This document shows positions 1 to 9,091 of a DNA stretch of 39,896 bases, piece by piece. This DNA comes from Candidatus Nomurabacteria bacterium RIFCSPLOWO2_01_FULL_42_20 (lineage in GTDB: Bacteria > Patescibacteriota > Minisyncoccia > Phycocordibacterales > CAZVEC01). The stretch's first letter is position 1. Every line of letters begins with the position of its first letter. The stretch is from positions 1 to 39,896 of the forward strand of contig MFVF01000034.1 in assembly GCA_001785965.1 (NCBI GenBank), read 5' to 3'. The notes beneath the pieces are model-generated. The model saw only the letters and a program-made list of their open reading frames with translations, had not been told where the DNA came from and made no database searches. A program made the position numbers and the translations under genes.

Positions 1-641
1 TCCAAAAAATCTTTTGAAAATCCATCTTTCTCGCCCAAAAGAATTCCGGAGAGGAAGGCGGACTGCGAGGAGTTGAACAATTTGCCGAACATTTCTTCCA
101 TTGCGTTTTTCAATCCATAAAGATTCCGCCAGAAAAAGTTTCCAACATTATGGAGCACTAGAGCTTCAGGATAAAACATTGTGCCCGCGATACGCTCTTT
201 GGCCAGGTAATTGCCATAAGAATCACGGGGCGGCAATTCAACTTTACCGGTCATGGCCACGAGGTCGCCGTAATGAAACTCCGGATATGGCGGAAGAGTT
301 GCTATAATTCTGATTCCTTGATCGGATTTTAATTTTACGCTTTGCTTAAATTCTCCCCGGCGCGGAGGGCTGACGATCATTCCCAGAAAAGAATCTGCTC
401 CGGCTAGCATATCGACCTTAGAGCGGTATCTAAAATCATCAAGACTGTAATAAATATTGCCAATCAAAAAGAAAATGGCGGCCATCAAAATTAAATATTT
501 TGGCAATTTGCGAAAAAATCCGAAAAATAAGAAAAAGACAACTAAAAGAACCAGGGAGGCAATCAGCGGAGAGCCGCCCAAACCTCCGAGAATCGCCCCT
601 AAAACAAAGGGAAGCGCCGTTAAAAATAAGCGGTTATGCAT
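1..641 (-). CDS. comEC: ComEC/Rec2 competence protein, N-terminal part (runs off window start)
   Basis: Not in the ORF track; translated by hand. ATG at 641, hydrophobic N-terminus (MHNRLFLTALPFVLGAILGG...), and ...LYGLKNAMEEMFGKLFNSSQSAFLSGILLGEKDGFSKDFL at the window edge, the segment that precedes the ComEC competence domain. Confidence 0.8.
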   Translation of the reverse strand, partial: MHNRLFLTALPFVLGAILGGLGGSPLIASLVLLVVFFLFFGFFRKLPKYLILMAAIFFLIGNIYYSLDDFRYRSKVDMLAGADSFLGMIVSPPRRGEFKQSVKLKSDQGIRIIATLPPYPEFHYGDLVAMTGKVELPPRDSYGNYLAKERIAGTMFYPEALVLHNVGNFFWRNLYGLKNAMEEMFGKLFNSSQSAFLSGILLGEKDGFSKDFL

Positions 642-670
642 TAAAAAAATTTTATGCTACAATTTTTGCA

Positions 671-841
671 ATGTCAAATTACAGCTTCAAAGAATTAATT
701 GAGAATATAAAAAAGCAAAAAAGCAATATTTTAATTTCACTCGTCATTATCGCTCTCGCCTTCCTCTCTTTCGGCTTGGGCCACCTTTCAGCCCAAAAAG
801 GCGACCGCACCCCCATTATTATCGAAAAAAATTCTAAATAA
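671..841 (+). CDS. Small single-pass membrane protein (56 aa)
   Basis: ATG at 671 is preferred over 500, which overlaps comEC. One TM helix (ILISLVIIALAFLSFGLG); TGcTACAAT lies 7 nt upstream. Confidence 0.7.
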   Translation: MSNYSFKELIENIKKQKSNILISLVIIALAFLSFGLGHLSAQKGDRTPIIIEKNSK

Positions 842-895
842 GCAAGAATTGTTCTTGCAAAAATAGCGGAAAGGTAATATATTATTATAATGAAA

Positions 896-951
896 CACCC
901 CAGCACCAGAAATCAATAACGAACGCTCTATTGATTTCGGTGCGGGGCAGG
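896..951. repeat. Palindromic REP-like element, ACCCC...GGGGCAGG family
   Basis: ccccagcaccagaaatcaata / tattgatttcggtgcgggg inverted arms with a cagg tail. Relatives at 5911, 10095, 10205 and 31319. Confidence 0.75.
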
Positions 952-1008
952 AAGTGGTTAATTTTATTAGTTGTAAGTTATTGATTATAAGTTGTAAAGT
1001 TAAAATAT

Positions 1009-1269
1009 ATGCCTACTATGAAACACTACATTTGCACGGGCGGCTGCGGCGGGGTCTCGGAAAGCCCCGGAGTCTGCCAAGCCAACGTTTGCGTTAAAAA
1101 AGGACATTCACTTATAGAGTGCGATTGCGCCGACGGCAAGCACGGCGGCAAGATTTCCGCTTGCGTACATTGCGGCAAGCTCTGCGGTCTCTCCGGCGGC
1201 TGCGATTTATCCCGAGTAGAATCGAGGGAAGTCGAACCACGTCCCGGTACTACAAATTCTAATTCGTAA
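1009..1269 (+). CDS. Small Cys-rich, probable metal-binding protein
   Basis: 10 Cys in the first 65 aa, including CxxC and CxC. The tail (LSRVESREVEPR) is encoded by repeat-like sequence. Confidence 0.6.
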   Translation: MPTMKHYICTGGCGGVSESPGVCQANVCVKKGHSLIECDCADGKHGGKISACVHCGKLCGLSGGCDLSRVESREVEPRPGTTNSNS

Positions 1270-1377
1270 TTCGCATGAGCGCATTCGTCCTTCGATCCCG
1301 CTCAGGACCCTGAGGAATTCGAAGGGTAGCGCGCATCATGATTTTTGAACTCAATGTTCAAAAATCATGACCTTAAC
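1269..1377. repeat. Intergenic structured repeat, copy 1, with a nested 37-bp palindromic insert
   Basis: Shares ttcgcatgagcgcattcgt..agcgcgcat[hairpin]ccttaac with 3874-3945. Insert at 1289-1325 is flanked by GT/GT. Confidence 0.85.
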
Positions 1378-1379
1378 TA

Positions 1380-2171
1380 ATGATTTCAACTATCGGACTT
1401 ATAATTCTCGGTCTGGTCACTGGAGTTATCACCGGTGTTACTGGCGCCTCCGGCGTGCTTGTGATCGTGCCGATTTTAGCAACCATCACGGACATGCCGC
1501 TTCATGCCGTGCTCGGCACGAGCCTCCTCGTTGACATACTCGCTTCGATTTTCGTCTCCTATACTTACGCGCGCAATAAGCACGTTGACATCAAGAAAGC
1601 TGTCTGGCTTTTGGTCGGCGCCCTGATTGGCGCTCAAGCGGGATCTTTTTTCGCGGTCGGCTTTTCAAAACTTTTTATAATTATCGCCATTGCCGCCGGC
1701 ATGCTTTTTTTTGGAATAAGCATGTGGCGAAGCGGGGTAACCCAAAGAACGCCGCGTTTTATCACGCTGGCGGAACACCACGCGGCGTATCTTCGGACGC
1801 CTGCCGTGATGGTTATTTTAGGCATCTTGATTGGCCTTGCGACCGGCATCTTCGGCGCCGGCGGCGGGCTCGCCATCTTTATAATTCTTTTTTCATTTCT
1901 GCGTCTGCCGATTAAAACCGCCGTGGGCACATCCACTTTTGTCATGCTCTTGACCGCTCTCTCCGGAGTTGCCGGCTACGTGCAATATAATAATCTCAAT
2001 CTTGAAACCGGCCTCATTATCGGCGCGGCCGCGGCGCTTGGCGGGACTTTTTCCGCGAGTATTGCCAATCGCATCAGGGACGACATCCTCGCCCGCCTCA
2101 TCGGCGCGTTCTTTGTCCTCTTGGCCCTTGCCATGCTCGCGCTCAAAGTAGCCATGCCACTCTTTATGTGA
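1380..2171 (+). CDS. Sulfite exporter TauE/SafE family membrane protein
   Basis: About 8 TM helices in two repeats with GxxGxGGG-type motifs (GIFGAGGG; AVGTSTF). Confidence 0.9.
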   Translation: MISTIGLIILGLVTGVITGVTGASGVLVIVPILATITDMPLHAVLGTSLLVDILASIFVSYTYARNKHVDIKKAVWLLVGALIGAQAGSFFAVGFSKLFIIIAIAAGMLFFGISMWRSGVTQRTPRFITLAEHHAAYLRTPAVMVILGILIGLATGIFGAGGGLAIFIILFSFLRLPIKTAVGTSTFVMLLTALSGVAGYVQYNNLNLETGLIIGAAAALGGTFSASIANRIRDDILARLIGAFFVLLALAMLALKVAMPLFM

Positions 2172-2183
2172 TATGATAAAGAT

Positions 2184-3137
2184 ATGTCAAATGAGGGGGA
2201 AAAAACACCTAGAACGCCGACTGCCGGTCCCGGGAGTATTGTTAAGTATGAAAAGGAAAGCAAGGAAAGCAAGGATTTAGATCTGAGTAATTTTTTGTTT
2301 CATTATCATGAGCTCGAGAAGATCGTAAAGAGTGTGGGCGGCGATTCAAAATGGCTGATGGAAGAAAAATATGATTCAGCAACTAAAAAAATTACAACAG
2401 AGCATAAAGATATCTTAGACGCCTTGGGGCTTGAGCTCAATACTGTCGCGCCTTCTAAAGAGGCGATGAGAGAAAGCGATAAACAAAAATTAAATTACCC
2501 CGAAATAAGAATAGACATAAACGACAGAAATAAATTTCTTCATTACCTAAAAGAATTACATCCCAGCTTTCTTTCGCCTCCGCAAGAAGATTTTTTAATC
2601 ACCGCCATTACGTCGCTTTATAAGCAAGCCAGAGATGAATATGATCCTCGAAATCCAGATGGTCGTTTTCTTGAATTTTTTAGAAGTTTAGGAGACATAA
2701 TTGAACGTTACAAACATTTTTATCTTCCGAAAGATCCTAGCACGAGCACGGGAGATAATACAGAAATTGAAAGTAAAATCATCCCGGAATTGGAAGACTA
2801 TCTCCATGCGTATAAAAGTGGTTCTTTAAAAGAACTGCTTTTAGCAGAAAGAGCGGGACTGCCCCTAGAGTTCGAGCTTCTTAATAAGCGTGACAGGGTT
2901 AATTCCTTTTTAGGAATGATTTATGACAAGGAAAAGAAACAGCTCGATTATGAATTTTTAGACGAGTGGGTTATGCTTTTGAAAGAAATGGGAAAAAATA
3001 AGAATGCGGAAAGTTTATATTCCGGATTACTTTTCAATATTCTGGGTTTGCTTGATGTCTTAATCAGCGACGCCCCCTCTGAAGAAGTTCTAAGGGAAAT
3101 TGATGATTACAAGAAAAGATTCAAGAATATTGCGTAA
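2184..3137 (+). CDS. Hypothetical protein
   Basis: 317-aa ORF; TGaTATGAT lies 6 nt upstream of the ATG. Confidence 0.75.
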   Translation: MSNEGEKTPRTPTAGPGSIVKYEKESKESKDLDLSNFLFHYHELEKIVKSVGGDSKWLMEEKYDSATKKITTEHKDILDALGLELNTVAPSKEAMRESDKQKLNYPEIRIDINDRNKFLHYLKELHPSFLSPPQEDFLITAITSLYKQARDEYDPRNPDGRFLEFFRSLGDIIERYKHFYLPKDPSTSTGDNTEIESKIIPELEDYLHAYKSGSLKELLLAERAGLPLEFELLNKRDRVNSFLGMIYDKEKKQLDYEFLDEWVMLLKEMGKNKNAESLYSGLLFNILGLLDVLISDAPSEEVLREIDDYKKRFKNIA

Positions 3138-3243
3138 TCTTGCCTGATTGCATGGATTTGTGATAGTCTTAAATTCGCTCGCCCTACGTCGCGAATAAAT
3201 CTAAGTACTAACGAGCTATATCGCTCCTTTAAATTTAAATATT

Positions 3244-3774
3244 ATGAAAAAAACATTTCTGATGTCCTTGTTTTTGGTCTTTGTGAGCGCTCAAACTCAA
3301 ACTTTTTTGAGCCCTGTTAACACAGATGAGCCGCTCATCCTTGATGCTTGCGACGGCAGTGAAACTATCGGCGATGCCAAGGATGTTTTCAAAGCCGGAA
3401 TTGATCCCAGCTTCAAAAGTTGGAATGCAAATGATTCAGGACCGGCAACAAAAGAAGAAGAGGTAAAAGCTCTTAACTTAGTTAAAAGCGGAACTTTTGT
3501 CCAAATGTTTGGTTATTTGAATCCGGATATTAGTAAATCTCGACTTACCCACGGGCAAGTCATTAATTATTGCAAAAAGTATGAAAAATATCTGGTAAAA
3601 AACGGTTGGACATTCTTTTTGTACAAGTCAGGCAAAAATTTCTTTGTTGCCAGAGTGGGTCTGCGCTCCGATGGACTGCTCGATGCATCTGTCTACAGGC
3701 TTGAAAATAATAAGGTTTGGGAAACCGAGCTTGGCTACCGCTTGGTTGTCCCGAAATTACCGCCCGGAAACTAA
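3244..3774 (+). CDS. Hypothetical secreted protein
   Basis: Signal peptide MKKTFLMSLFLVFVSA; followed by a hairpin and T-run. Confidence 0.75.
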   Translation: MKKTFLMSLFLVFVSAQTQTFLSPVNTDEPLILDACDGSETIGDAKDVFKAGIDPSFKSWNANDSGPATKEEEVKALNLVKSGTFVQMFGYLNPDISKSRLTHGQVINYCKKYEKYLVKNGWTFFLYKSGKNFFVARVGLRSDGLLDASVYRLENNKVWETELGYRLVVPKLPPGN

Positions 3775-3873
3775 TATTGTTCATTTGAAACGGAATCCTC
3801 ACCCTTTGGTTCTTTATGAATCGAAGGGATTTTTTGTTATGCGCCGAAGTAAGGAGCCTCTTTACTTTAGTAC

Positions 3874-3945
3874 ATTCGCATGAGCGCATTCGTAGCGCGC
3901 ATTGCCATTTCTGAAACTCGATGTTTCAGAAATGGCAACCTTAAC
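3874..3945. repeat. Intergenic structured repeat, copy 2 (no insert)
   Basis: Same flanks as 1269-1377; hairpin ttgccatttctgaaac-tcgat-gtttcagaaatggcaa. Confidence 0.85.
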
Positions 3946-4002
3946 AAAAAAATCCCCCCGACATGATCGGAGGGCTTATGTTGTGCTCTGCGTATTATTT
4001 TA

Positions 4003-4275
4003 TTACAGCAGATCGAGACGGGAACTATATGCCGTTATCGCCATGTCAGGCGTAACTCTCCCTAAGTTTTTTCCAAATCCCCGGACACAGCCGATGATCG
4101 TCCCGCTTTCTAATTTTTCTAAAGTGAGCTTAAGTTCATCATAGCCCTCTTTAGTCGTCTTTTTAGCAGAAGCGGTAATCAATCGCTGCCCATCTTTTTG
4201 GTACTTAATGTTTTTACTTTTGAGCATTTTTTCTAAGACACCCAAAGTAATCACTTTTGAATTTTTCTTTCCCAT
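4003..4275 (-). CDS. Hypothetical protein (likely start MGKKNSK)
   Basis: Part of ORF 4003..4359; the internal ATG is more plausible than the upstream start. Confidence 0.5.
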   Translation of the reverse strand: MGKKNSKVITLGVLEKMLKSKNIKYQKDGQRLITASAKKTTKEGYDELKLTLEKLESGTIIGCVRGFGKNLGRVTPDMAITAYSSRLDLL

Positions 4276-4414
4276 ACCGTAAGTTATTAAATTGTTTTTG
4301 TATACTTTGTATACAATATTTTCTGATTCCAGATTATCAAAAAATCTTTGACTTGTCAATGGTTTTGTGATAAGTTTATTATAAATTTATTATTGAACAT
4401 TTAAAATTTGAATT

Positions 4415-4774
4415 ATGGAAACAAAATCAAAAGAAATACCTCAAGAAGATCTTAACGATTACATTAAAGGCAATCTTGGTTATGGAATCGAAGGATTATT
4501 AGGAGAGAAAAAAGCACAAACTTTAAAAAATGAATTAAGTGCAGTAATATATGTCGTACCTGAATTTCACTATAAGGTTGAAGTACCAGTTGTACTTGAT
4601 GCTGGGACAGAAATTGTTATGGGAATCCCGGGTGAAAATATTGAAAATGATTTTCAATTTATTTTAAGAAGTAACTGCATCGAGTTTCAATTAAAAAATC
4701 TAACTTTTAAAGGAGTGCCTGGGAGCAGTCATTTTCGTGCTCGCTTGAGGGATGTTGTCGCTGCTTTGAAATAA
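4415..4774 (+). CDS. Hypothetical protein
   Basis: 119-aa ORF followed by a terminator hairpin. Confidence 0.65.
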   Translation: METKSKEIPQEDLNDYIKGNLGYGIEGLLGEKKAQTLKNELSAVIYVVPEFHYKVEVPVVLDAGTEIVMGIPGENIENDFQFILRSNCIEFQLKNLTFKGVPGSSHFRARLRDVVAALK

Positions 4775-4788
4775 AAATAAAACGAATA

Positions 4789-4823
4789 AAAGTCCTCACA
4801 GAAATGTGAGGCTTTTTTATTTT
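4789..4823 (+). terminator. Rho-independent terminator
   Basis: cctcaca-gaaa-tgtgagg followed by cttttttatttt. Confidence 0.75.
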
Positions 4824-4912
4824 CCTCTGCTACCTCGCCCCTCCTTTATCAAAGACTTCGGAGGAGCAAAGCAAGGCTTCGCAGTACAAGAAAAATCTGC
4901 TATATTGTTCCA

Positions 4913-5902
4913 ATGTCATTAAGTATCGGAATCGTGGGTCTTCCAAATGTAGGCAAGTCCACGCTCTTTAACGCGCTTACCAAAAAGTGTGTGCCGGCGG
5001 AGAATTATCCTTTTTGCACGATTGAGCCTTCAGTGGGCGTTGTGCCGGTGCCTGACCCTAGACTTGCTAAACTCTCCGAGTTTAGCAAGTCGGGCAAGAC
5101 GATTCCGGCCGCCGTTTACTTTGTGGATATCGCGGGACTCGTGGCTGGCGCGGCAGAAGGACAGGGCTTGGGCAACAAATTTCTTTCGCACATCCGGGAA
5201 GTTGACGCCATCGCGCATATAGTGAGAGTTTTTCAGGACCCTTCTATAATTCATGTGGCCAATAAAGTAGAACCCTTGGAGGATATCGGTGTCATCAATC
5301 TTGAACTTGTCTTGTCAGACATGGAGGTTGTAACCAAGAGATTGGCTAGTTTACAAAAAGAAACTAAACGAGGCGACAAAGAATCAGTAGCTGAAGAAAT
5401 AATTTTAAAAAAAATAGAAAAAGTTTTGGAAGGCGGCAAAATGGCAACGGAAACGAATTTGAATGAAGAAGAGAAATTTAAAATAAAATCCCTAAACTTG
5501 CTCACTTTGAAACCGATGCTGTATGTTTTAAATGTTTCCGAGGCCAGTGAAAATATTGAATTCAAAGCGCCAGGTATGATCGTGAAAATTGACCCTGTTT
5601 TTGAGCGTGGATTTGATGACCTGATTAAAAAAAGCTACGAACTGCTTGGTTTGGAAACTTTTTTCACGACCGGCGTTGATGAAACACGCGCCTGGACAAT
5701 AAAAAAAGGATCAACCGCGCCGGAAGCCGGCGCGGCCATCCACACCGACTTCCGCGACAAATTCATCCGCGCCGAAGTCATAAACTGGCAAGATCTGCTT
5801 GATAGTGGAAGTTATGCCACCGCCCGCGCCAAAGGCCTTGTCCGTACAGAGGGGAAAGACTATATTGTTAAGGATGGAGACGTGATTGAGTTTAAGATAT
5901 GA
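4913..5902 (+). CDS. ychF: Redox-regulated ATPase YchF (Obg family)
   Basis: [34 protein letters not shown], and a TGS C-terminus [12 protein letters not shown]. Confidence 0.98.
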   Translation: MSLSIGIVGLPNVGKSTLFNALTKKCVPAENYPFCTIEPSVGVVPVPDPRLAKLSEFSKSGKTIPAAVYFVDIAGLVAGAAEGQGLGNKFLSHIREVDAIAHIVRVFQDPSIIHVANKVEPLEDIGVINLELVLSDMEVVTKRLASLQKETKRGDKESVAEEIILKKIEKVLEGGKMATETNLNEEEKFKIKSLNLLTLKPMLYVLNVSEASENIEFKAPGMIVKIDPVFERGFDDLIKKSYELLGLETFFTTGVDETRAWTIKKGSTAPEAGAAIHTDFRDKFIRAEVINWQDLLDSGSYATARAKGLVRTEGKDYIVKDGDVIEFKI

Positions 5903-5965
5903 TGGAGATGCCTGCCCCGTAGCGAGCTTTGCTCTGCTACTGGGGTGATTGAATTTAAGATTTAG
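5901..5965 (+). pseudogene. Second, synonymously diverged ychF 3' end interrupted by a 35-bp palindromic element
   Basis: GATGGAGATG[5911-5945]TGATTGAATTTAAGATTTAG re-encodes DGDVIEFKI* once the insert is removed. Confidence 0.85.
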
Positions 5966-5983
5966 CTCTATAATATATTTAAT

Positions 5984-6457
5984 ATGAAAAATTATATAAG
6001 GAATAGTTTTGAAAAAGCTCCTGTAGAAACAAAAACTTTGACACCACAAGAACTAGAAAAAATCATTCTAGAGGAGGACGGATATACGGTTAAAGATAAA
6101 CGCTTTCTTTCTAAAGAAGAAGGTGGGGTCTTTCATTATTTCAGGCCGGAAGACCTTAGAACTGAAAATTACTTTCCAATTGTTAAAGAAGGAGATCTAA
6201 TAACAGGAATTGCTGCACTCCAAAAAAGTCCATTCGCAGAAAAATTGTTTTGGATGAAGTCTATTTCCATAGATCCAAAATATCAAGGTAATCACTATGC
6301 AACTAAACTTGCTGAGGAAATCATTAGGTTTACTAAAGACCAAGGTTATCAATTAGAAGTCTCTGGATATTCTAATAGGGAAGCAAAGGATAAATTAGAA
6401 AGATTGTTCAATAAATTTGCAGAGAAATATGGAGTCACTTTGGTTTCTGAAAAATAA
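5984..6457 (+). CDS. GNAT family N-acetyltransferase
   Basis: Motif A-like SISIDPKYQGNHYATKL. Confidence 0.8.
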   Translation: MKNYIRNSFEKAPVETKTLTPQELEKIILEEDGYTVKDKRFLSKEEGGVFHYFRPEDLRTENYFPIVKEGDLITGIAALQKSPFAEKLFWMKSISIDPKYQGNHYATKLAEEIIRFTKDQGYQLEVSGYSNREAKDKLERLFNKFAEKYGVTLVSEK

Positions 6458-6623
6458 CTTGCTATACAAAAGTCTTTGTTTATAATGAAAAAAAGAATTT
6501 TGAGCCCAATACCTCCTCCTAATCATACTTACACTATTCGTATTAAGAAAGAAGATTTTAAATGATTTCGTTAGTTTATTCCATAATTCTGCAGAATTAT
6601 GGAATACATGATAAAATTTTAAT

Positions 6624-6908
6624 ATGAGCAAAAATAACAATTTAAATTATAGAAGAATAGAAAGAACCGTTAAGGGCTTTTCTAATCATCGGCGGATTCA
6701 AATTATGGATCTTCTTTTCAAAAAACCGGAATTATCAGTTGCAGAAATTTCTGACTTGCTGAAAATCAATTTCAAAACTGCCTCGCAGCACATTACTCGG
6801 CTGGCTTTTGCTGGTCTAATCATGAAGCGATCCGATGGAACAAGTATCCGGCATAAATTGACGCCACTAGGGGAGAGTGTTCTTAAATTCTGCAGAACAT
6901 TAGAATAG
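6624..6908 (+). CDS. ArsR-like winged helix-turn-helix regulator
   Basis: SNHRRIQIMDLL...LSVAEISDLLKINFKTASQHITRL. Confidence 0.85.
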   Translation: MSKNNNLNYRRIERTVKGFSNHRRIQIMDLLFKKPELSVAEISDLLKINFKTASQHITRLAFAGLIMKRSDGTSIRHKLTPLGESVLKFCRTLE

Positions 6909-6938
6909 TGATTCACCGTTTAATTTAAGATATAAATT

Positions 6939-7526
6939 ATGAAAGAGCTTTACGCATATGTTTCGATAATCAATAATTCTTTTAAGAAGGAGATTTTGTC
7001 TATTCAAGAAAAGATTAAGCAAATAACAGGCGAACTTGATTACTTTTTACAATGGCCTCCCCATTTTACTGTTTCTTATGGAAATTCTCTTAACGAGGAT
7101 GAACTTGCCGAAATTATAAAGACTTTCGAAAAAGTTGCCATAGAAACAAAACCTTTTCAAATTGATTTTGATAAAGATCCCGTGTTCTCAACAAAAATCT
7201 TAAATGGCACAAAGTTTTTTTCAATGAAATTAAAAATCATAAATAATCGAGATATTGGACGGCTTTCTGATCAACTTATTTCGATTGCAGATAGTTACGA
7301 ATGTCCTTTTAAAAATCTTTTTAAAAGAGATAAATTTCATTTGACTTTAGTTACGACATCACAAATCACTGACAAAGAATTTTTAATTTTAATGGAGGAA
7401 TCTAAAAAATGGCTTATCCCCAAGGGTGTTTTTGTTGATTCTTTTTCTATAATTAAGGGTGGCCCGGTTGTGAATGGATACCCAACGATGGATTCAGAAA
7501 TAAAAAAATTTTATTTACATGATTAA
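6939..7526 (+). CDS. 2H phosphoesterase (2'-5' RNA ligase superfamily)
   Basis: Two HxT motifs: PHFTV and FHLTL. Confidence 0.8.
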   Translation: MKELYAYVSIINNSFKKEILSIQEKIKQITGELDYFLQWPPHFTVSYGNSLNEDELAEIIKTFEKVAIETKPFQIDFDKDPVFSTKILNGTKFFSMKLKIINNRDIGRLSDQLISIADSYECPFKNLFKRDKFHLTLVTTSQITDKEFLILMEESKKWLIPKGVFVDSFSIIKGGPVVNGYPTMDSEIKKFYLHD

Positions 7527-7554
7527 TGTGATAGAATTTAAGATATAAAAAATT

Positions 7555-8421
7555 ATGGAATTATTTTCATCACTTTCTTGGTTTCCGTTTGCCTTAGCCA
7601 TTCCAATTTTGTTTGGTATTGCGATGGTCTTTTTTAAGTTGCCGTCACTTAGAGGCCACAGTAGTTATACGGCCATGTTTTGGGCCAATTTGTTTATGGC
7701 GATATTGGCAGTGGCTTTTTTCTTTAATTATGCTGCGGGTATTAATACAAAATTAATTCTTTTAGCTTTGGCTTGGGGTATAACTTTTTCTTCAATCTCA
7801 CTTTTGCAGATGTATGCTTTAAAATATGTTGATACTAATGCGCTTTTTCCTATTACTACAACTTTAAGTTTGATAGGTACAATCATTGTTGCCTTTATAT
7901 TTTTTAGCGCAAAGTTAACCCTCTTTCAATATTTAGGATTAATACTGGCTATTATTATTGTTTTCTTCTTTTTGTATAAAGGGAAAAAATTGCAATACTC
8001 AAAATGGATGATTTATATCGGTTCTCTCATTGTCGGCATTTCTATTTTAAATAAAATTTTTCAAAAAGTAGCAGCTGATTCCTTTGATATTAGAACTTTT
8101 ATGATTTATCAGTTTATTTTTGCCGCCATTTTTTCTTTGTTTGTTTTTTTCTTTAGCCACTGGAAAGATTATAAGAAGCACATTTTTTCTGAGGGCGTAT
8201 TCACCGGTCTTTTAATTGGTGTGCCTGCTTTCTTAGGAACTTATGTCATGTTTATAGCTCTTATCAGAGGTCCTTTTGCATTAATAACTTCAATGCACTC
8301 TCTTTATATTATTGTCACTGCCGTAATGGCCAGTATTTTATTCAAGGAACAGCTGACAAAGAGAAAAATTTTTCTCATGTTTTTAGCAATTCTGGCGATA
8401 TTCCTGATTCGTTTGGGATAG
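7555..8421 (+). CDS. EamA/DMT family transporter
   Basis: 288 aa with about 10 TM helices in two repeats. Confidence 0.85.
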   Translation: MELFSSLSWFPFALAIPILFGIAMVFFKLPSLRGHSSYTAMFWANLFMAILAVAFFFNYAAGINTKLILLALAWGITFSSISLLQMYALKYVDTNALFPITTTLSLIGTIIVAFIFFSAKLTLFQYLGLILAIIIVFFFLYKGKKLQYSKWMIYIGSLIVGISILNKIFQKVAADSFDIRTFMIYQFIFAAIFSLFVFFFSHWKDYKKHIFSEGVFTGLLIGVPAFLGTYVMFIALIRGPFALITSMHSLYIIVTAVMASILFKEQLTKRKIFLMFLAILAIFLIRLG

Positions 8422-8496
8422 CTAATTTTTTAATATTTAAAATAGTGACGATACCTTCATGCTTTCATGCACTAAAGCATGAAAGCATGAATAAAA

Positions 8497-8742
8497 ATGA
8501 CATTCAAAGAAAAAGTTTTGACGATGGTGAGGAAAATTCCGAAAGGAAAGACGATGACATACAAAGAAGTGGCAAAGATGGCCGGCTTGCCACGAGCTTG
8601 TCGAGTGGTGGGGAATATTTTGAGTAAAAACTATGACCCGAAAATTCCGTGCCATCGGGTAATTCGCTCGGACGGCAAATTAGGCGGCTACAATCGCGGC
8701 GTAGGCCTTAAGAAAAAACTGCTTAAAAAAGAAAATCTCTAA
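8497..8742 (+). CDS. MGMT family alkyl-DNA repair protein (Ogt-like C-terminal domain only)
   Basis: IPKGKTMTYKEVA and active-site IPCHRV. Confidence 0.9.
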   Translation: MTFKEKVLTMVRKIPKGKTMTYKEVAKMAGLPRACRVVGNILSKNYDPKIPCHRVIRSDGKLGGYNRGVGLKKKLLKKENL

Positions 8743-8807
8743 TTAGATTGATTCTTAAATTCTTAAGAATTTGAGAATAGAATTCATTGTGCTATAATTA
8801 AATCAAT

Positions 8808-9077
8808 ATGAAAAAACCAAGAGAAATAGAAAGAATTATAAAGGGTGCCGCCAATCATCGAAGAATTCAAATTCTAGATGCACTGGAAAGGGAACCGGAA
8901 TTATCTTTGATGGAAATTGCTGACAAGTTTAAAATAAATATTAAAACAGCATCAGAGCATGTTAGAAGAATGGCGATTGCCGGTTTGGTTTTGAAAAGAA
9001 ATGAAGGTAATTTAGTACGGCATGCTTTGTCGCCGCGAGGTAAATCTATTCTCAAATTCTTAAGAATATTGGAATAG
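8808..9077 (+). CDS. ArsR-like winged helix-turn-helix regulator (paralog of 6624..6908)
   Basis: ANHRRIQILDAL...KTASEHVRRM; clearly alignable with 6624..6908. Confidence 0.85.
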   Translation: MKKPREIERIIKGAANHRRIQILDALEREPELSLMEIADKFKINIKTASEHVRRMAIAGLVLKRNEGNLVRHALSPRGKSILKFLRILE

Positions 9078-9091
9078 ATTTAGAGCAGAAA

